A model generated the notes under the pieces. It was given only the letters and a program-made list of their open reading frames with translations, searched no databases and was not told the DNA's origin. This document shows positions 29,041 through 38,679 of a stretch of 64,000 bases of DNA, piece after piece. Both the position numbers and the translations under genes were made by a program. Positions within the stretch are counted from its first letter, which is position 1. Every line of letters starts with the position of its first letter. The stretch is from an uncultured Planctomycetales bacterium (lineage in GTDB: Bacteria; Omnitrophota; Gorgyraeia; Zapsychrales; JANLHA01), in the NCBI GenBank assembly GCA_964595465.1, contig CAZQQI010000011.1, forward strand, positions 8,301-72,300. The letters are read 5' to 3'.

Positions 29041-31791
29041 TTATTTTTTGGCGCGTTTTTTACGAGCCGTTTTCTTCACTTGCTTAATACCACGCTTCTC
29101 GATAACCGCTTGAGCGGCTGCCAAGCGGGCGACCGGCACACGGTAGGGAGAACAGCTGACGTAATTCAGCCCGGCCTTGACAAAGAACTTGACTGATGCC
29201 GGATCTCCGCCGTGTTCACCGCAGACGCCGCATTTCAGATCCTTACGGGTCTTGCGGCCGCGTTCCACACCGGTTGTGACCAATTCTCCCACACCGGTCT
29301 GATCGATCGAGGAAAACGGATCTTCACGGAAGATCTCCTTATCGATGTAGTCCGGCAGGAAGTTCCCCACGTCGTCGCGGCTGTAACCCAATGTCATCTG
29401 GGTCAGATCATTGGTGCCGAATGAAAAGAACTCCGCTTTTTCGGCAACGCTGTCCGCGACCAATGTCGCGCGAGGGATCTCCATCATCGTCCCGACAAGG
29501 TATGTGATGCGGGACTTTTTCTTTTTAATGACTCCGTCGGCTGTTTCACGGACCACCTGTTCCAGAATATCATACTCTTCCTTCGTCCCGATCAGCGGGA
29601 TCATGATCTCCGGGATCACTTTGATCCGTTTTTTCGCCATATTGCAGGCCGCCTCAATGATCGCCGCGACCTGCATTCTGCAGATCTCGGGATATGTGAT
29701 CGACAGACGGCATCCGCGGTGACCCAGCATCGGGTTCATCTCATGCAGAGCGTCGACCTTAGATTTGACCTTAGCGGTCGTCGTGCCCAGGCGTTTGGCC
29801 ATTTCCTGCTGACCTTGTTTGTCATGAGGAAGAAACTCATGCAAAGGCGGATCGAGCAGACGGATCGTGACCGGCAGACCTTTCATGGCCTTGAAGATGC
29901 CTTCAAAGTCTTTACGCTGATACGGCAAGAGTTTGGCCAGCGCCTTCTCCCGGCCTTCCTGGTCTTCAGCCAGGATCATCTCACGGATCGCCCAAATACG
30001 GTCCCCTTCAAAGAACATATGCTCTGTCCGGCAAAGGCCGATCCCCTGAGCACCGAGTGAACGGGCATTTTCCGCGTCCTTAGGAGAGTCGGCGTTGGTG
30101 CGTACTTTGATCTCCCGCACACCGTCAGCCCACTTCATCAGCGAGGCGAACATCTTGTAGATCGGATGCCGTTTAGCCTTCGGATTGTTGTTGACGATCC
30201 CGTCGATAACCGGCGAATCCGATGTTTTGACAGCACCGTCGATGACTTCACCCGAGGTCCCGTCGATCGAGATCGCGTGGCCCTCTTTCAGGGTCTTACC
30301 GTCGACCTTGACCTGTTTCTTCTTATAATCGATCTCCAGAGCACTGCAGCCGGCCACGCAGCATTTTCCCCAGCCGCGGGCGACAACCGCCGCATGGGAA
30401 GTCATCCCGCCGGTGGAGGTCAGAATGGCCTGGGCCGCCCACATCCCGGAAACGTCTTCCGGTGATGTCTCTTTACGCACCAGGATCACCTTCTTGCCGG
30501 ACTTGGCCCATTTTTCAGCAGCCTCCGCCGTAAAGACGATCTGTCCATTGGCCGCGCCCGGACCGGCAGGAAGGCCTTTGGCCAGCACCTTACCGTCCTT
30601 AACAGCGCGCTCTTTATCATCCAGATCAAAGATCGGGAACAGCATTTGATTAAGATGATCGCCTTCAATACGCATCAGAGCCTCTTCTTCTGAGATCAGG
30701 CCCTCTTTCACCATATCTACGGCGATCTTAATGGCTGCCAGCCCGGTCCGTTTTCCAGTACGGGTCTGCAGCATATACAGCTTGCCTTCCTGGATCGTGA
30801 ACTCCACATCCTGCATGTCACGGTAATGATTTTCCAGCTTCAAACGGATGGTATTCAGTTCCTTGTAGATCTTGGGCATGTCACGCTTGAGGTCAGAAAT
30901 GGGTTCCGGAGTACGGATCCCGGCCACAACGTCTTCGCCCTGAGCATTGACCAAATATTCTCCGAAGAATTTATTTTCTCCAGTCGCCGGGTTGCGGGTA
31001 AAGGCCACCCCGGTTCCGGAGTTCTCACCCATGTTCCCGAACGCCATGGCCTGAACATTAACCGCTGTTCCCTTAAGACCGAACAGCTTGTTGATGGCGC
31101 GGTAACGGATCGCCCGCGGGATGTTCCAGGACCCGATAACAGCGTCGATAGCATACCCCAGCTGTTCACGGGCATTGGTCGGAAATCCTTTTCCGACATG
31201 ATTCTTGTAGACCTTCTTATATTCCGCGACAACCTCTTTGAGTTCTTCGGTGGTCAGCTCGGTATCGAGTTTGCGCTTGTACTTCTTTTTGACCTTTGCC
31301 AGCGCGTCTTCATAATACTCGTGTTCAACACCCATAACCACGTCGCCGAACATGTTGATAAAACGGCGGTAGGAATCCCAGGCCATGCGCTCGTTGCCGG
31401 TCTTTTTGGAAAGGCCTTCAACCGCGTCATCGTTGATCCCCAGGTTCAGGACCGTGTCCATCATCCCGGGCATCGAAACGGCCGCGCCGGATCGGACTGA
31501 AACCAGCAAAGGATTATTTTTATCTCCCAGCTTCATGCCCATTTTTTTCTCGAGCTTCTTGATGTGCTCGTCGATCTCTTTGTCCAGCGTTGCCGGCTTT
31601 TTCTTGCCGTGCTTATAAAAATAATCGCAGACATCTGTCGAGATCGTAAATCCCGGAGGAACCGGAACGCCGATATTGGACATCTCCGCGAGGTTGGCGC
31701 CTTTTCCGCCCAAAAGTTCTTTCATGGATGCTTTCCCGTCGGCTTTTCCTCCGCCGAACGCGTAAACATACTTTGTTTTCTTCTTAGCCAT
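29041..31791 (-). CDS. ppdK: pyruvate, phosphate dikinase
   Basis: 916 aa; N-terminal ATP-grasp, central phospho-histidine domain (GGMTSHAAVVARGWGKCCV), and a C-terminal PEP-utilising TIM barrel. Confidence 0.95.
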   Translation of the reverse strand: MAKKKTKYVYAFGGGKADGKASMKELLGGKGANLAEMSNIGVPVPPGFTISTDVCDYFYKHGKKKPATLDKEIDEHIKKLEKKMGMKLGDKNNPLLVSVRSGAAVSMPGMMDTVLNLGINDDAVEGLSKKTGNERMAWDSYRRFINMFGDVVMGVEHEYYEDALAKVKKKYKRKLDTELTTEELKEVVAEYKKVYKNHVGKGFPTNAREQLGYAIDAVIGSWNIPRAIRYRAINKLFGLKGTAVNVQAMAFGNMGENSGTGVAFTRNPATGENKFFGEYLVNAQGEDVVAGIRTPEPISDLKRDMPKIYKELNTIRLKLENHYRDMQDVEFTIQEGKLYMLQTRTGKRTGLAAIKIAVDMVKEGLISEEEALMRIEGDHLNQMLFPIFDLDDKERAVKDGKVLAKGLPAGPGAANGQIVFTAEAAEKWAKSGKKVILVRKETSPEDVSGMWAAQAILTSTGGMTSHAAVVARGWGKCCVAGCSALEIDYKKKQVKVDGKTLKEGHAISIDGTSGEVIDGAVKTSDSPVIDGIVNNNPKAKRHPIYKMFASLMKWADGVREIKVRTNADSPKDAENARSLGAQGIGLCRTEHMFFEGDRIWAIREMILAEDQEGREKALAKLLPYQRKDFEGIFKAMKGLPVTIRLLDPPLHEFLPHDKQGQQEMAKRLGTTTAKVKSKVDALHEMNPMLGHRGCRLSITYPEICRMQVAAIIEAACNMAKKRIKVIPEIMIPLIGTKEEYDILEQVVRETADGVIKKKKSRITYLVGTMMEIPRATLVADSVAEKAEFFSFGTNDLTQMTLGYSRDDVGNFLPDYIDKEIFREDPFSSIDQTGVGELVTTGVERGRKTRKDLKCGVCGEHGGDPASVKFFVKAGLNYVSCSPYRVPVARLAAAQAVIEKRGIKQVKKTARKKRAKK

Positions 31792-31819
31792 CTCTCCCTT
31801 GCCTTTCTTTAAACAACGG

Positions 31820-33127
31820 TTAACAAAAAAGTTTCTCGGTTAAATAGCGTTTTAACCCTTCCACCGGCACGCGTTCCTGCTGCATGGTGTCCCGGTCACG
31901 CACAGTAACCTGCTGGTCCTCCAGCGAATCCGGGTCCACCGTCACACAGAACATGGTGCCGATCTCATCCTGCCTGCGGTACAACTTCCCGATCGAGGCG
32001 GTGTCATCATAGACGCAGGCTGTCTCCTGCATAAGGTCCTTTTGGATCCTGCGGGCCAGATCCACAATATCCGGTTTTTTCTTTAATAACGGCAGGACAG
32101 CGGCCTTGATCGGCGCCAGCCGTTTATGAAAGCGCAGAACCACACGCTTGTTTCCCTTGACCTCTTCCTCATCATAAGCATCGACCAGAAAAGCCAATGT
32201 CGCGCGGTCAACGCCCCCGGACGGTTCGATCACATACGGATAAAATTCTTCTCCAGTGACATTGTCTTTATACATCAGCGTCCTCCCGGAACATTCCGCG
32301 TGCTGTTTCAGATCAAAGTCCGTGCGGTTGGCGATGCCCTCCAGCTCGGACCAGCCGAAAGGAAATTCATATTCAATATCCGTACACCCCACGGAATAAT
32401 GGGCCAGCTCATCGTTACCGTGCGGACGAAGACGCAGACGTCCCTCCGTCATCCCGTGATCAAGATACCACTGCCTGCGGCGATCGATCCAGCGCTGATA
32501 CCATTCTTCCGCCTCGTCCGGCCGGCTGAAAAATTCCAGCTCCATCTGTTCAAATTCTCTCGTGCGGAAGGTAAAATTCACCGGGGTGATCTCATTGCGG
32601 AAGGCCTTGCCGATCTGGGCGATTCCGAACGGCAGTTTTTTGCGGGCGGTATCCTTGACATTCAAAAAATTTACAAAGATGCCCTGGGCGGTTTCCGGTC
32701 GCAGAAACACCTCACTGCTGGAATCCTCCATCGCCCCTAAAAAGGTCCTCAGCATCAAATTGAACGCACGCGGTTCTGTAAAGGATTTGGCCCCGCAGGC
32801 CGGACACGCTTTGCCCACGTGGTCGGCGCGGAACCGCCGCTTGCATTCCCGGCAGTCGATCAGCTGATCAGTGAAATTTTCCGCATGTCCGGAGGCACGC
32901 CAGGTGCTGGGATGCATCAGGATACTGGCATCCAGCCCGACGACCTCGTCATGACTGTGCACAACAGAACGCCACCAGGCCTGCTTGACATTGCGTTTCA
33001 GCTCGACGCCCAGAGGTCCGTAATCCCAGGCCCCCGACAACCCGCCGTAGATCTCGGATGACGGAAAAATGAAGCCCCGCCGTTTACATAACGAGACGAT
33101 TGTATCCATGGATACTGATGATGGCAT
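31820..33127 (-). CDS. glyQS: glycyl-tRNA synthetase (alpha2 type)
   Basis: MPSSVSMDTIVSLCKRRGFIFPSSEIYGGLSGAWDYGPLG... aligns with the Thermus-type GlyRS N-terminus. Class II core. The start is ambiguous among TTG 33133, ATG 33127 and ATG 33109, with no clear SD. Confidence 0.9.
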   Translation of the reverse strand: MPSSVSMDTIVSLCKRRGFIFPSSEIYGGLSGAWDYGPLGVELKRNVKQAWWRSVVHSHDEVVGLDASILMHPSTWRASGHAENFTDQLIDCRECKRRFRADHVGKACPACGAKSFTEPRAFNLMLRTFLGAMEDSSSEVFLRPETAQGIFVNFLNVKDTARKKLPFGIAQIGKAFRNEITPVNFTFRTREFEQMELEFFSRPDEAEEWYQRWIDRRRQWYLDHGMTEGRLRLRPHGNDELAHYSVGCTDIEYEFPFGWSELEGIANRTDFDLKQHAECSGRTLMYKDNVTGEEFYPYVIEPSGGVDRATLAFLVDAYDEEEVKGNKRVVLRFHKRLAPIKAAVLPLLKKKPDIVDLARRIQKDLMQETACVYDDTASIGKLYRRQDEIGTMFCVTVDPDSLEDQQVTVRDRDTMQQERVPVEGLKRYLTEKLFC

Positions 33128-33254
33128 AGTCAAAAATATTCAGTGATGAATTAGGTTCTTGAAGTAATTGAGTGCCTATTTTAACGGAAAGCATTTTAAA
33201 ACGCAAGCGATTTATAACCTGCTGAGGAATATAAATTTACAATTCACGTACATA

Positions 33255-34607
33255 TCACACACTGCGGGATTCAGAACACACCCGGGCCAACAAAATTACA
33301 GCCGAAACCGGGATCAGAGGATAGCCGTGCAGCATCAACCGCGGAAGAACAACATCAACAGGAAAAAGATATTTGAAACTGGATGTGAATATCAAACCGC
33401 CAAATAAAGACGCATGGAACACCCCAATCCCGATCAGAAGCATATTTGCCGGGAAAGACAGCTTTCGCCATCCGGCAAGAAGAGCCAACAGCAGCATCCA
33501 CCAGGCTAGACCCCATAAATGAATTTCACCCATAACATTAACAGCATGCGGGACAAGTTTGTGAAGACGTATAAAAAGGTCAGCCGGCCAAAAAAAACGG
33601 GTATCCGTACGGACCTCGATCCCGCGAAAAAAAATGTATCCCTGCCACCCGAAAAAAAAGAACAGCGGAACAGAGTACACGGCGGATTGTGCTAAAAAGG
33701 ACTGACGGGTTCTGCGCCGTTTGAAAAAATACGCGATCAGCAATAACGGAATCATCAAAAGCGCATACCGCCCGCCCTCCAGCTTGGTCCAAACAGCGCC
33801 TGTCAGAAGCAGCGCGCTCAAAAGAGCATATTTTTTCCCTTTGCCTGATAAGGACAAGACCGCCAAAAGCACCGCCCCGGAAAAATAATACATTAAGGGC
33901 AGATCCATATAGTTTCCGGCAGCATGGTCACGTAGACCCGGCGCACTGAATAAAAACAGCACGCCGAACAAAGCAAAAAACCGGGATACAAAAAATCTTA
34001 AAAATCCAAAAACAATAAATCCAAAAGAAATAAAATAGGCCGGCATGACAGCCTTAAGCAAATATTCGTGCCAAACGCCGATCTGCATCGCCAGCCAGGA
34101 TTGTAACAACGGAATTAATAAAGGATAATCCGCATGCGGCATGTTTGAAAGATAAGATAGCGTCCGCTCATGGAACAGCACCTTGCCGTTAAACGCGATA
34201 TAGGAAACAGCATCCCATCCCATGATCGGCTGCGTTATCGTCATAACGACGACATGGACGACATAAAACATGATTACAATAAGAATTGCGATTTCAGCGG
34301 GCCGAAATCGTCCGACACGCGGAAAAACACGCATTGCCTGCGTTGCGTTACCTCTACGAAGAAAGAAAAACCAGCTTGCCAAGCAAACTAATGCTAAAAA
34401 TACCGTGACCCCGAAAGCATACAGCCGGCCGGTCATAATATCGCAAAAAAACATGGCAAAGGCGACAGCCCCAGCGCCCAGTCCAAAAGCGCTTCCGCAA
34501 TACAACGGCCATGACAGCGCCCGTTCCGGATCAAGCAGACGGCAGATCACCCATCCGACTGCGCAGATAAAAAACAACCATATCACTGTTGCCAACAGAG
34601 AAATCAC
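33255..34607 (-). CDS. polytopic integral membrane protein (possible GT-C-type glycosyltransferase)
   Basis: More than 10 predicted TM helices. I start it at a GTG preceded by GAGGAGGG that overlaps the upstream stop as GTGA (translational coupling). The track's ATG 34661 would overlap by 58 nt. Confidence 0.5.
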   Translation of the reverse strand: MISLLATVIWLFFICAVGWVICRLLDPERALSWPLYCGSAFGLGAGAVAFAMFFCDIMTGRLYAFGVTVFLALVCLASWFFFLRRGNATQAMRVFPRVGRFRPAEIAILIVIMFYVVHVVVMTITQPIMGWDAVSYIAFNGKVLFHERTLSYLSNMPHADYPLLIPLLQSWLAMQIGVWHEYLLKAVMPAYFISFGFIVFGFLRFFVSRFFALFGVLFLFSAPGLRDHAAGNYMDLPLMYYFSGAVLLAVLSLSGKGKKYALLSALLLTGAVWTKLEGGRYALLMIPLLLIAYFFKRRRTRQSFLAQSAVYSVPLFFFFGWQGYIFFRGIEVRTDTRFFWPADLFIRLHKLVPHAVNVMGEIHLWGLAWWMLLLALLAGWRKLSFPANMLLIGIGVFHASLFGGLIFTSSFKYLFPVDVVLPRLMLHGYPLIPVSAVILLARVCSESRSV

Positions 34608-35182
34608 CGGCCCGCCCTCCTCTTCCCAACGGCCGTGCGGGGAGAAAAAGAAATGAACCATTCATACTCATTCTTCCCAGAATGTGCCTTCCTCGACATG
34701 AAAAACACATCGTATTCTGGATGCCCTCCCCTTACACCTCTCAGGTCCAAAGGATAAAAAGTATACGCCAAACTTCGCTGTATATACATGCCCGGATCAC
34801 GGGATAAGTCCAGATCCGTGACCAGTTGCGCCGCAGCCCGCGGCCAGCCGATAACCTTGCGGACATACGTGCTGTATTGATCAATGGCATAAACATTGGG
34901 ATCCAGATATTTGATATAATCCGCTTCGCCGGCATGCGAAATCCGAAACCATAATTGTTCGGCCATTGGTCCCAATTGTAAAACAGAAAAAAGAACAACG
35001 CTGAATCCTGCAAAATAAGCCAGAGAAACGCGAATGGACCTATCCGGGCCGATCCATCGAATTAGAAGAATAATACCAGCCGCAATAATTATGCAGAATA
35101 ACCTCATCATTCCAAAAGAAAGAATCCATGCTTTGGGAGAAGATAAGTGGCTGTGGAAGGAGCTGTTTAAAAACCCATTCAT
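34604..35182 (-). CDS. hypothetical membrane-anchored protein
   Basis: 192 aa with one TM near the N-terminus. Its ATG overlaps the panB stop (ATGA) and its stop overlaps the downstream GTG start, so it is translationally coupled in the panB operon. Confidence 0.45.
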   Translation of the reverse strand: MNGFLNSSFHSHLSSPKAWILSFGMMRLFCIIIAAGIILLIRWIGPDRSIRVSLAYFAGFSVVLFSVLQLGPMAEQLWFRISHAGEADYIKYLDPNVYAIDQYSTYVRKVIGWPRAAAQLVTDLDLSRDPGMYIQRSLAYTFYPLDLRGVRGGHPEYDVFFMSRKAHSGKNEYEWFISFSPRTAVGKRRAGR

Positions 35183-36030
35183 CCTGAACGCTTTTCTTTG
35201 GCTTTATATGCTGAGCGAATCTCGTGAGCAACCGCATCCGGTATATGATAACTGTGGACATCAGTAGGGAAAGATCCGCTGGAAACCTCTTCATGAAATT
35301 CCTTGACGGCCAAGCGGACCAGATCAGCGCCGTCCAAATAAGCCTTAACGAATTTGGGCCGACGACCCTGCGACAAGCCCAGCACATCGTGCAGGACCAG
35401 GACCTGCCCGTCGCATTGCGCGCCGGCGCCGATACCGATGGTCGCGACGGTCAACCGTTCGGTGATCATAGCGGCTACACGGTCCGGCACACATTCCAGA
35501 ACCACGGCACAGCATCCGGCCTGCTCTAAAGCTTCCGCCTGCTGTATGATCGCGCAGGCGGTTTCTGTCTCCCGTCCCTGAACACGAAATTCGGTCGCGG
35601 TCTGCGGGGTCAGCCCCACATGCCCTATGACCGCGATCCCGGCCGCGGTCAGTTGTTCCACAACGGCAAGGCAGCCGTCAAACCATTCCACTTTTACTCC
35701 CTGAGCTCCGGATTTGATCAGCCCCCGGGCATCTTTCACCGGACGGCTGTCCGTCTGCTGATAAGAAGAAAAGGGCATGTCCGCAATAACCGGAGTATTT
35801 TTCGCCCCGCGGCATACCGCGGCCGTATGATAGACCATTTCCCGGATCATGACATCCCGGGTACTCTCCAGGCCCAGAACCACATTCGCCAATGAATCGC
35901 CGACCAGAATAATATCCACACCAGCCTCGTCTGCCAGACGGGCAAAAGGATAATCATAGGCCGTGATCATACTGATCTTGGGCGGAGCCGGCCGCTTGGT
36001 AAGAATATCTTTAAGAAGCTTTTCGTTCAT
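35179..36030 (-). CDS. panB: 3-methyl-2-oxobutanoate hydroxymethyltransferase (ketopantoate hydroxymethyltransferase)
   Basis: MNEKLLKDILTKRPAPPKISMITAYDYPFARLADEAGVDIILVGDSL aligns with the PanB N-terminus (ITAYDY about 21 aa from the start). The track ORF extends in frame upstream to 36216 through the repeat array. Confidence 0.9.
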   Translation of the reverse strand: MNEKLLKDILTKRPAPPKISMITAYDYPFARLADEAGVDIILVGDSLANVVLGLESTRDVMIREMVYHTAAVCRGAKNTPVIADMPFSSYQQTDSRPVKDARGLIKSGAQGVKVEWFDGCLAVVEQLTAAGIAVIGHVGLTPQTATEFRVQGRETETACAIIQQAEALEQAGCCAVVLECVPDRVAAMITERLTVATIGIGAGAQCDGQVLVLHDVLGLSQGRRPKFVKAYLDGADLVRLAVKEFHEEVSSGSFPTDVHSYHIPDAVAHEIRSAYKAKEKRSG

Positions 36031-36035
36031 GGCAG

Positions 36036-36312
36036 TGTTATTGGGTTTGTTGGGTTTGTTGGGTTTGTTGGGTTTGTTGGGTTTGTTGGGTTTATTGGGT
36101 TGTGAGTTGTGAGTTTTGGGTTTTGGGTTTTGGGTTTTGGGTTGTGGGTTTTGGGTTTTGAGTTTTGGGTTTTGGGTTTTGGGTTTTGAGTTTTGGGTTT
36201 TGGGTTTGCGTTTCACGTTTCCCGTTTCACGTTTCCCGTTTTACGTTTTACGTTTCCCGTTTCCCGTTTCCCGTTTCACGTTTCCCGTTTCCCGTTTCCC
36301 GTTTTACGTTCA
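36036..36312 (-). repeat. family-2 repeat, expanded copy 3: compound minisatellite
   Basis: On the plus strand: roughly 6 x GGGTTTGTTG (36043..36100), roughly 13 x GGGTTTT/GAGTTTT heptads (36118..36207), roughly 15 x CGTTTNN heptads (36208..36312), then gtgacc. Same module order as copies 1 and 2. Confidence 0.85.
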
Positions 36313-36340
36313 CCGCCACCATGTGACCGGCGGCCTTCTT

Positions 36341-37732
36341 TCATCCTTCACGGCCTTTAGGAAGGCCGCTGGTATCAGTGCCGGCGAGAAACGCCATAAT
36401 GCGTTCCGCCGCCCATTTTCCGCAGACCATGGCATCCAGAACATGCTGCTGGGGATCGGCACAATCCCCTGCGGCGAAAACCCGCGGCACCGAAGTCTGA
36501 CCGGTGTCTTCATCCAGCCGGATCGTGCCGTCTTCGTTCATCTTAAGCCCCTGCACGGCGCGCTGGATGGTTTTCGACACCTCATGCCCCTTGGCCACAA
36601 TAACTGTATCCGCCTCCAGCACTGTCTCGGAATCCGGCGCCGGAACCAGGACCCATTGGCCGTTGGCCTCGGGATCCGCATAATCCATACGGATAACCCG
36701 CACACCAGATACTTCTCCGGAAGAAGAAACACAGATCTCTTTCGCCCTGGACAACGTTTCAAAAAGAACCCCTTCCTGCCGGGCATACTCAATATCATTG
36801 CGATGGGCATCCAGAGAATCCTCAGCGCCTTCACATACCAGACGGACATCTTTACCCAGCCGGCGGCAGATCCGGGCGCAATCCAGAGCCAGAGCTTGAT
36901 CTCCTAAAACAGAGATCTTCTCCCCCAGGCGGCGGGCAAATGAATGATGAAAATTCTGTTCTTCACAGTTCAGGTTCATCAAAAGTTCGTTGGCGTAGAT
37001 CACACCGCGCGCATCAGAGCCCGGGATAGACTGCAGTGACGGGCGGGAACGGCCGACAGCCAATAAAAGTGCGGCATACCCTTCTTCAAAAATATCATCC
37101 GGCGTAATGGTCCGGCCAAAATGACAATCTGTTTGCAGATCCACACCAAGGTCCCGGATCTGCGAAATCTCTGCATCCAAAGCCGGCCGTGATATGCGGA
37201 ACTCCGGCAGGCCGTAACGCAGGACACCGCCGGGCTGAGGCAGCGATTCAAAGATCGTGACACAGTAATGCTGTTTGGCAAGCAGGGCCGCCGCGCTTAA
37301 TCCCGCCGGTCCGGAACCGATAACCGCGATCCTTTCCCGGGAGCAGGTCAAATTATCACGGCCGAAAAATTTCGGACGGCCGTTATCCGCCACAAAACGT
37401 TCCAGCGCGCGGACATCGAGCGGAACCTTTTTTCCTCCGATAACGAAATCTGCTTCACACGGGGCCCGACACACACGTCCGCAGATGCCGGGCAGATCGC
37501 TGGCTTCGCGGATCTTCTTGTAGGCTTCAGGGATATCTCCTTCACGCAGAAGACGCACAAATTCCAGGATATTGATCCCCAAAGGACATTTAGGCTGAAA
37601 GGTGGGCACATGGCTCTGCGGAAACTTGCGAGCTTCGTCCACAGCAGTGCGTTTAGAAAAACCCAATTCCACTTCTTGAAAATTCCGCAGGCGTTTTGCC
37701 GGAGATTGTGCGGGAACCGGTGTCGGCTTCAT
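36341..37732 (-). CDS. nfnB: NADH-dependent reduced ferredoxin:NADP+ oxidoreductase large subunit (GltD-like)
   Basis: 463 aa. N-terminal 4Fe-4S cysteine cluster region, FAD/NAD(P) Rossmann motifs (VIGSGPAGLSAAALLA, VLGDQALALDCA...), and a C-terminal GltD-like domain. Paired with a PyrK-like subunit. Confidence 0.8.
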   Translation of the reverse strand: MKPTPVPAQSPAKRLRNFQEVELGFSKRTAVDEARKFPQSHVPTFQPKCPLGINILEFVRLLREGDIPEAYKKIREASDLPGICGRVCRAPCEADFVIGGKKVPLDVRALERFVADNGRPKFFGRDNLTCSRERIAVIGSGPAGLSAAALLAKQHYCVTIFESLPQPGGVLRYGLPEFRISRPALDAEISQIRDLGVDLQTDCHFGRTITPDDIFEEGYAALLLAVGRSRPSLQSIPGSDARGVIYANELLMNLNCEEQNFHHSFARRLGEKISVLGDQALALDCARICRRLGKDVRLVCEGAEDSLDAHRNDIEYARQEGVLFETLSRAKEICVSSSGEVSGVRVIRMDYADPEANGQWVLVPAPDSETVLEADTVIVAKGHEVSKTIQRAVQGLKMNEDGTIRLDEDTGQTSVPRVFAAGDCADPQQHVLDAMVCGKWAAERIMAFLAGTDTSGLPKGREG

Positions 37733-37736
37733 GATG

Positions 37737-38588
37737 TCATCCCTTAATCATTTTCTGCCAGATATGCTTAAGGCCGCCGGAGGCCTCCTGATGTTCATCC
37801 CTGGAACATACGGCCTGCATACGGTGATTCAGTTCAGAAAAATCCACTTGATGGGCGTCAAATTCCGGACCGTCTTCACAGGCCAAAACCAATTGCTTGG
37901 CGACCTTCATACGGCAGGAACCGCAAATCCCCCTTCCGCAGGACATCAGGGTATGAACCTGCAGAAGATTACGGATCTTTTTCTGCCGGGTCATTTCAGC
38001 GATCTCACGCAGCATTTCCGTCTGACCGCAGGTATACACCAACTGGACATTGTCTTGGCCGCAAAGTTCTTTAACAGCGTCGGTCACCGTTCCCCGCCGG
38101 TGAGCCGAGCCGTCTTCAGTCGTCAAAACAACCTTATGACAGGCAATGCGCATCTGGGGATCCAGGATCAATTCATTTTTCGTGCGGGCGCCCAGCACGC
38201 CGATCACTTTATTGCCGGCACGGCTATATGCCCGGCACATCGGCAGGATCTGTGCTGCAGAAATATCCGTCGCCGCGCAGACCACGACGCCGACCTGCCG
38301 GGGTTCTTCCACTGTCCCGAAAGGACCGCTCACAGAAAAGACCTCATCCCTAATCGGCAGGCTTCCTAAACAGCTTGTCGCCGCACCGGTTTCCTTGATG
38401 ATCACCGAAATCAAACCCCGGCGCGTATCCGCCTCCATAACAGACAGCGGGATCCACTTTTTCCCTTCCTCCGGCGCGATCATAACAAACTGACCCGGCC
38501 TGACCATGTCGGCGATCACTTCAGCTCGGATCTCCAGCCGCTTGATCCCTTCCCCTAAAATTTGTTTATTGACGATCGTATATGGCAT
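37737..38588 (-). CDS. nfnA: NfnA / PyrK-like FAD- and 2Fe-2S-containing electron-transfer subunit
   Basis: 283 aa; ferredoxin-NADP-reductase-like barrel plus a C-terminal CGRGICGSC [2Fe-2S] motif. 4-nt gap to nfnB. Confidence 0.8.
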   Translation of the reverse strand: MPYTIVNKQILGEGIKRLEIRAEVIADMVRPGQFVMIAPEEGKKWIPLSVMEADTRRGLISVIIKETGAATSCLGSLPIRDEVFSVSGPFGTVEEPRQVGVVVCAATDISAAQILPMCRAYSRAGNKVIGVLGARTKNELILDPQMRIACHKVVLTTEDGSAHRRGTVTDAVKELCGQDNVQLVYTCGQTEMLREIAEMTRQKKIRNLLQVHTLMSCGRGICGSCRMKVAKQLVLACEDGPEFDAHQVDFSELNHRMQAVCSRDEHQEASGGLKHIWQKMIKG

Positions 38589-38679
38589 ATTATTGACTTT
38601 CCCATTACAAACTGTTTGAAATATCCTGCTTGAAACTTATTGTACTCAAAGATCACCCCTCTGTCCATACACGGAGGAT

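Noticed and set aside
30826-31500. 224-aa plus-strand ORF inside ppdK
   Set aside because: Antisense shadow of a 916-aa PPDK with intact motifs.
36116-36907. 263-aa plus-strand ORF (GFGFWVLGCGFWVL...)
   Set aside because: It is a translation of the G-rich minisatellite running antisense into nfnB. A repeat artefact.
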